Part shown: one piece after another, positions 55,382-64,000 of the stretch
How the letters are laid out: each line of letters starts with the position of its first letter
How positions within the stretch are numbered: position 1 is the stretch's first letter
Origin: Eledone cirrhosa
Lineage: Eukaryota
Length of the DNA: 64,000 nucleotides
Direction: 5' to 3'
Assembly (NCBI GenBank): GCA_964016885.1
Contig: OZ024740.1
Coordinates: forward strand, 128,526,001 to 128,590,000
Program-made: the position numbers and the translations under genes
The notes under the pieces: model-generated
The model's input: only the letters and a program-made list of their open reading frames with translations
Told to the model about the DNA's origin: nothing
Databases searched by the model: none

Positions 55382-57985
55382 TTACGCACACAACATATTT
55401 ACGCTTGTATCTCCCCACGTACGGGTATATTATTGTGCATATGCCTGGGCCTGTGTGAATGTATATGTTTGTAATAAAAACGATATCACTCTGAAGATAA
55501 AATACAAGTAATCTTACTGAAAGAAAGATAGGAAGGCAAAAAGATAATATGTTTTACATGACTCGAGTAGGTCTGTAATGAAATGAGACGAAAGGCGATA
55601 AGCTTTTTCGATGTTGTACATTGAATTCAGATTACAAGGAATGGGCACATTTCAATTCTACATCAGTGGACATTTTTATTTAAATCTATTTTCCATCCAT
55701 AACACATTTTCAGCATCCATACATTTTTCAAGCCATCCGTGACCAACGGAATATTGGGAGGAATTTAATACCAAAACTCCAGATTTGGTCAAATATTTTC
55801 ATTTGTGCGGACTGAACAAATGTCTCTTAAACACCAGGTGATGGTATTTTTCCGGTTACCTTGTTTACGCAGATAGTACGCTTACCGGCCCAAATAAAAA
55901 ATCAAAAAATCTGATAACCCTTCATTCTGATTCTTTCTGTTTATAACAGCAGCATTCTGGACTAAACACGCACCTGGCAGCTATGTTTTTCCAACACACA
56001 TCTACAAATATCCAGACTGAGCATCAACCATATTAATTTCAAAACTCGTAAAAGGAGTGTGTAAAATTATGTCCATTGCACCTCGTTACTTCGCTTCTGT
56101 TAAACGACATTTGATGGCAAATAACATCACTACGATTTTATAGAGTGCTATAAATGACAAATACTCTTTTACAAGTACTTTGCTCAATTAGTTAATGCTT
56201 GTGTATAATGTTTCGATTACAGTACTAAAATTGTTACTCTGTTCACTAAATGTATCTCATTTTTGGTGCACTACAGGTGACTTCGACAGTCATTATTATG
56301 TATTTTCTAAACTAAACTAAAGCCAGGATGGTTTCATATTATGAAGCATGTCTTCGCTAAGTGTAATAAATTTGGGAGTCGTCCGAGTTACTCGCTCGAC
56401 TCTCCCTCCCTCCATCCAATAGAAGATCCTGGATGTGATAGTTTGAAATAGATGGGGTTGCAGCAGCACTAGGCTGGTACCCTTTTCATCAATACCGAAA
56501 TGATGAAAGACAAAGAGGATCCCGATGAGATTTGAACCCTGAGGGCACAAATCTGGGACAAATATCGAACTAGACAAATACCAACTAGACACTTTTATGT
56601 TCCTAATGTTCTTTGTAAGAGCAAATATGGTATTATATGATATATATATAGACAGCATGTTTCCAATACAATACACTAGGAATGATTTAAGGACTCCAAC
56701 AGCAATGAGGGAAAGTCCAAATCGTATGAGAACATAAAATACTTCATGGAATTTAGTTACGGTCTTTAAGATTTTCATTTCAAAACCAATTAAATTCTAC
56801 TTTACTTTACATCCTTCCACATTCGATAAAATAAAATACAAGTCAAATATTTGGGATGATATACTCTATTCTGTTCTTTTTCCAAATTTTAATCCATGGT
56901 CTTTTGTAATGCATAGGTAATTTGGGGACTTGAGCTTAGCCGATATGAATATATTTTGAAAGAAAAATCAAAAATCAAAAAATCAAGCCAGTTCAAGGAA
57001 TGTATATATAGTCTTTGTCTATAAAACACACAAAAATAACAGTTTGAAAGAATCATCAAATGAGATAAATTCGTGTGACGTGGAGAGACAATATTTCTCA
57101 TATATCGAGCAAGGAATCTTCAAGGGAAAATAAATAATTTTGAATTAATTTAGAGGGCTGCTGTGGCATTCCCTCCTCTCTCTTTCACTGACTCTCTTCG
57201 AATCCTTCATATCTTCTCCCGGCGCCCCTTTTCTCTCAATGTATATACACGATCTTATAGGTGATTGTTTATTTAATTTACTTTTTAAATTGCCACATGA
57301 TAAAAACGATTGCTAGCTGACAAAGTAACAAGGCATTTTTCAGTGTATCAATGCAGTAGGAAAAATGTATGCATGTGCAAAAACGTGTGTATCTGTCCGT
57401 GCACTTATGTATGTATAGGAATGTATATGCATGTATGCATGAATGTTTTCGTTAAAAAAATCTAATCTTGTATAAAACTCAAACTATCAATGAAATATAT
57501 GTGTATAGAATTATATTAGGAAAGAAATGACCTACTGATTAATGTATCACGCTTCCGGCTTCTTTCGGTGTGTAAACACTTTCACTATAAGTGATTCGTT
57601 CATTATACATTACATCATGGTAATCTAGCCAAGACGGATATCTCGGGTAAACTTAGTTGCTATTAAATATGGTCTTATTTTGCGAAAGCTATATTTTTCA
57701 ATTGCATTCAACCCAGCAGAACGTATCTATGGAATCTTATGATTCGTGAAGGGATAATCTGATTTAAGGTTCACATCGAAGAATAAAAAATTATCCGCCA
57801 ATTCTTCTTCATATTTACTGCTTTATACGTAAGTTGTTATTGCGCTAGAGATAAGAGATTAAGGTCACATATTTTCCAAACCTCGTATTTAAAGATATCA
57901 TGCTGAATGATTGATGTATTTTCCTGTAAAATGACTTATCGCACACCATTTTATACACACACACACAGACACACACACACACACA

Positions 57986-58020
<35 letters not shown>

Positions 58021-58025
58021 ACACA

Positions 58026-58101
<76 letters not shown>

Positions 58102-59015
58102 TATATATATATATATATATATAAATACAGACATGCATACATATATATCTATATATAAACGCACAGAAATATCTATGCACGTGCGTGTATGCATGTGTAT
58201 CTGTGGTTATGTGTTTGTGCAATATCTGTATATACTTGGCTGATTCTTTTAAACGATGTAAATGCGTATGTATATGTGCATACTTTTTAATGAAAAATCT
58301 CAGAGATACAAAGATAAAAACGCACACACCAGCGCAAACACAGTCACACTCGCACCCGCACACAAACACACAATAACAAGCATACCCGCAGTAAAACAAA
58401 GGTCAGATGGACTGTCCCTTTCGTCATCTTACGTAAACAAAATTTACATACCAACATATACACACAATTACACTTACGTAGGTTAGCGTGTATATGTGTG
58501 TTGATTTTTTCTGTGTATGTGCGTGTTGATGTTGTATAAGTATGTGTATGTTTTTACATGTGTGCTCTACGTATGTGTGTGTATCCATGTGTGCATAATT
58601 GGGCAGTAAGCATGTGATCGTTTCTTGTCTCTTCAGTGTAGATCCAATAACGAGAATCCACTGCCGATAAATAGTTGTAAAATCGAAGTACATATTTGCC
58701 GATCTGATACACTTCCTATATCGGATTGCAACTGCTGTCTGTTCATGTGAAGACAAGTGGAAATAAATCTCTCTCCCCGTCGGCAAGATCTATTGCAATC
58801 ATTAGTAATACGATGGCGTTTGAAGAAAACATTCGTCTATCATAATAGCAGGCTGGTTGGTTGTGATGTGACGATGTGGCGGTAATAATATCTTTGGTGT
58901 TGTTACTGAACGGTTGTTGTTGTTGGTACCAGCATCACTAGCGCCATTAGCACCATCAACACCTTCAACACCATTATCACCATCTCCAAAACCATCCTCC
59001 TCCGCCTCATGATCA

Positions 59016-59545
<530 letters not shown>

Positions 59546-59899
59546 AACAGAGGAGGCGACTGTGGTTTTTGGCGACGGTGTTTATGTGATAAGTGATAAT
59601 TGTGGTTACGTCAACTTGACAAGGTTTTCTTTTAGTCCGAAGTAAACGCTGATTGAGTATATCTATGATCAATGGTGTTTAAATTGTAACCATCTCATAT
59701 TTTTTTTGTTCTGGTGCTATGTATCTAGACTTACATTATTGAACGTGGTATTCTCCTATTCTCCGTGTGCTTTGAGAAGGATATTAATTCTCACGATTAG
59801 GAGCAGGGGTCCGAGTGATAGTGGTGCTGACACTGAAGGTAGTTAATTAGTAAGGTTGTTCTTGTCTAATGTCAACACAGCCCTGTTTAAAGATACTTA

Positions 59900-60120
59900 T
59901 AATGGTTTCTGATTTAGACACAAGTCCAACAATTTTTAGGGAGTGGAAAGTAGATTATATCGATGCTACTGCGTTACTGGTATTTTATTTTATCGACCTC
60001 GTAATGATGAATGGCAACATTAAACTCGGTGGACTTTGAACTCAGAACGTAAAGGGGCATAAGCATATGCCGCAAAACTTGTTGTTCGACGCTCTACCGA
60101 TGCTGCCAATCAACCATCCC
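59900..60120 (-). mobile_element. SINE family 1, older copy
   Basis: TTTATCGACCTCGTAATGATGAATGGC..TTTGAACTCAGAACG..CTCTACCGATGCTGCCAAT. Confidence 0.75.
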
Positions 60121-63100
60121 TGAGCAGACATATATGAAAGGAGTGCCAGCTGTGATTATTCTGCAGTTCCTTTTTTCAAAGGCTGAATTTACATTATCCA
60201 GCACGTCCTTATCTTTTCAGGTTGTGATTTGACATATATTTGGTTGTTATTTCTAACGGATCGAGTGAATGCATAGTACTACTTGGTTAGTTCGAGGTGA
60301 TGTTAATGTGTACGGGTAGCTAAGATTTGGTTATTGCTGATCTCAGAGGTAATGGATTTGTTGTAATTTACCTTGATCAGCCTAAGTTGTGCGTATATAA
60401 TTATTAGTTATTTCCGTTTATGTTGTACGCTGAATTCTTATAAAATCCCACAAGGTTATGTTCTATTGCTGGTGATCGTGGGAATAATGTCCATGTGATG
60501 GTATTATGGATTAATATGTAATTTTGTCTCAAGCTAAATGACACATCATTATGTTGGGAATTCGATTCGTATACATTGTGTTCTTCAGGAGAATACTTCA
60601 TTACATGTTGCTCAAGTACAGTCAGCTGAAATTTAGTACCATCTGTAGCTGGGACCTTACTCTGTAATGCTCTGGCGTCCTATCCATGGTAAAAGAAACC
60701 AAGGATAGGCACTGGCCTCATGGTTTGAAACAGACGTGAACGTCATTCTTTTTAACATACTGGATATATGTCTTTTAAATAATGGAATGTTACTGTCTTA
60801 TTTCGACTTGTCACATGTAATATTAATTGTGAAAGGAAATGAAAAATAAGATGCGACGTTTAAGACTTCTTCTGGGTATACAGTGCCTTCAACCGGACAT
60901 CGAAACCGTTTTGCTTCGACCCATTATCTATATGTCTTTCTCTAAGGCACTTTTCTCGAGTACTTGAATGGTTGCTTACGTATAAGCTCAGTGTTAATAG
61001 AGAAAAGGATTTAGTCGAGTGAATTAATTGGATTGGCCATAATTCTATTTGATATTATTGATTCGGAATGGCTTTAAATTAAAGACAATTCAAGCAGGAT
61101 TTGAACTTAGAACGCAGCAGTGAGTTTACAGAAATAACATTACTGATTAGAATGCATCTGTCGATTCAGGTTTTCTGGATTTATTGCTGTCTAATCTTTT
61201 AGTGTTCTATCCTATACTTTAATCCATCAATCATTTCTAACATCTCTTGTTTCAGAAACGAAAATATATTAGGATACTGTATGATATATTTCCTGAATTT
61301 GAAATTAAATCCTATCTCATTAAATATATTAACTTGTGAGTATAAGAAGATGATGATAATGATGGATTTCTCCTCGGTTTCGACGATGTGCATTCAGCTG
61401 TTGGAGCTAGTGCACGTCAAACTCATGAATTAACATGTAAGTAGCTGAGTATTTTATACACACGTGCGCCTTTGAAGTAATTCCTAAACCGATTCATCGT
61501 GCTACATGATAGAACAAGGATGAGTCATTGAATTACAGATAAAATATAGTCGAGGAGCTTCCATGCAATTTCCTTCTAAGTAATTTCCACTACAAGGGTC
61601 GGCTCGAAAAGACACTATGGTGACTGAGACTTGTCCATGAAACCAAATAGTGGGATCAAAGCCTCAATCTCTTGATTTCAAAGCGAATTTCATAACCCTT
61701 CGACTATGATGTGTTCACAGTGTACATATTCTCTGATTCTTAGAAATAAATGATTTTCGATCGATTAGTATACATGCAAATAATTCCAAACTAACCAAAA
61801 TATGACTTAAATGTGATTCATTAAAAGCTGGAATGAATTTGCTCAATTCTTACGTTAATAGATTATGCACAGAAACAAGGCAATGCAATGAATATTGTTG
61901 ATGAACGTAATATTGTGATATTTTTGTAATGATATTATAGTGAAACGGAGTGTTACATGGTGCAATTCTTTCGACCATGAAAGGCAGGCGAGCATAACAA
62001 TTGATCTGATCCTGCAGAGTGGTTTGTGAAGGATTGACGAGTGAAGGGCAATCGAAGAAAGTTTCCAAATATGTTCTATATAAGCCTCTGGAGGATTAAT
62101 AAAAATGGTCGTTCAATACAGAGTATTAAGAATAAATAAATCTATGTCAAGTAAAACACTGTAGAGGCTATAAGATACATTTGACATAAGTCAGCTGCAC
62201 TCATATCAACTAGTAAAGGAAATATAAATTAAGGAAAAAGGAAGTCACCAAGTGGAACCAACAACAAAAACAAAATATCAAACGTTCACAATCTAGTTGT
62301 CTGTTCTTTCACTGCAAATAAATGGATTTTTCATTATCAATTATTGATATGTGAGAAAAAATGGTTTTAATGCAACATTTCAAAGCAGTCGCGTGCTTGG
62401 ATACCATTACACCAATACTCTACTGCTGATATCAAAGCAAATATTTCATTATTAACTTTAAAAATCTGCTTTCAGTCTGGCAGAATTCCTGTGCCATTGC
62501 ATATCATGAGCTGATGTAGTCTGGTCTGTGACAAAACGGTAGTATTATTCTGTCTAAGAATTATTATGCTAGATATTTTCGAACTAGGTATTTTGGAAGG
62601 CAATGCTATTAATACGCTAGTTACGTTATTGGAATAGGCAAAACCAGGTCGGTGAATTGACAGTGTTATTAGAGCTCCAGAAATTGCTTTGCATCATTCT
62701 GGGATCTAATTCCACTGATGACACCTTAGCCGTTCAATCAAGGACGAGGATTGATGTAATCTAGTAAACCATCTTTCAACGATCGTGGCGTTTTGTCTAA
62801 GTTGGAAATAGTTATTAATATGAACGAAATAATCACCGGCCAAATGAGTCTCCTTGCTTAAGACGGACTTTAGACTTAGACTCGTAATGAAACATAGGTT
62901 TCATGCTGGAAGATACAGAATACATAATCTGAGCTGTACTGACCCATGATATCGTGTTTTGCACTAACATCCTTCAGCCATAGACTCAACAATATGTTGG
63001 GCATTGGCTAGTGAAAAAGCTGATCTTTCGATTTAATTGTATGTATTTACAAACCAGGAAAAAAAATAACAAGATAAAGAGTGAGAAATAAAGAAAAAAT

Positions 63101-63827
63101 AAATACTAGAAAATGAAAGTGGAGGAGTGAGGAGGGGACATAATCTACAACGTTGATTGGACGGTATATCTCAGCTGCACCGCGCAGACAAAATGATAAA
63201 TACATACGCACCAATAATTCCACCCCAAGGAACTCCTTTCTCCGGCGAGATGCTCTCCTCACAATTTGACAGAAGACTGCAGTCCGGAAAATGAAGACAC
63301 TGGAGGTTTCGATGGCAACTGTAGTAGCATAATACTCCCTTGAGTATCTCGGAATTTGAGTTCTTCTTATACTACACAACTTTATATTATTCAACAACAC
63401 TGAATTATAATTAGTGAAGTATTCGCTAATACTCGATATGACGAGTGAGATCAATATTATTAACCAAGACTATATTCACACCATGGAGATGTAAACATTG
63501 CTGAACAATGCTTAACTAAAACAAACATAAGACAGGGACAACTAAAAATTAATCACTTGATTGTTAGATGAAGTGTTAGAACCCAATGATGAAGAGAAAT
63601 GCTTAGTCTATTGCTTTGTATTTTTACTTTCAATTATATTTCCTATAATCTGTTAACTCGCTCTTGATATAATGCAGAAATATAACTTTTTATTACTTTA
63701 TCAGAATATAAATTGTGTCGATATGAGACATTTTGTTCACAACTTTCATTTTATATGTATGTATATGTATGTGAGTGTATGTATGTGTGTATGTGCGTGT
63801 GTGAAGACTTTTATATACAATCAGATA

Positions 63828-63939
<112 letters not shown>

Positions 63940-64000
63940 ATATTTCTTTAGGTCGTTTTGGAAGCCTCAACAATGCAGATGGGTAAATCTCCGGGTAACA

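Noticed and set aside
56317-56778. 153-aa minus-strand ORF (also 63047-63454)
   Set aside because: No recognisable domain or splice context; could be a decayed repeat but cannot be supported

Overview
AT-rich eukaryotic DNA dense in microsatellites, with no intact protein-coding gene. The (TA)n/(CA)n/(AG)n/(CTA)n load and the tRNA-derived SINE families suggest an octopus or other coleoid mollusc (inference). Almost all ORFs in the supplied track are translations of microsatellites. Recognisable coding remnants are all retrotransposon fragments: Penelope-like element (PLE) GIY-YIG ends, RTE, L1/Tx1, CRE-like and R4/Dong-like LINEs. The main signal is RNA structure. The (TA)n tracts are repeatedly invaded by short elements carrying hammerhead ribozyme (HHR) motifs: about ten distinct type I families, some with U3:A8 or U10.1-U11.1 variant cores, many inserted as fold-back palindromes. 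One non-coding family (4 full copies; monomers of about 533 and 724 bp with terminal direct repeats) carries what folds by eye as a non-circularly permuted, pseudoknotted hammerhead, supported by covariation among its copies. All folds were derived by hand and none has been tested for activity.
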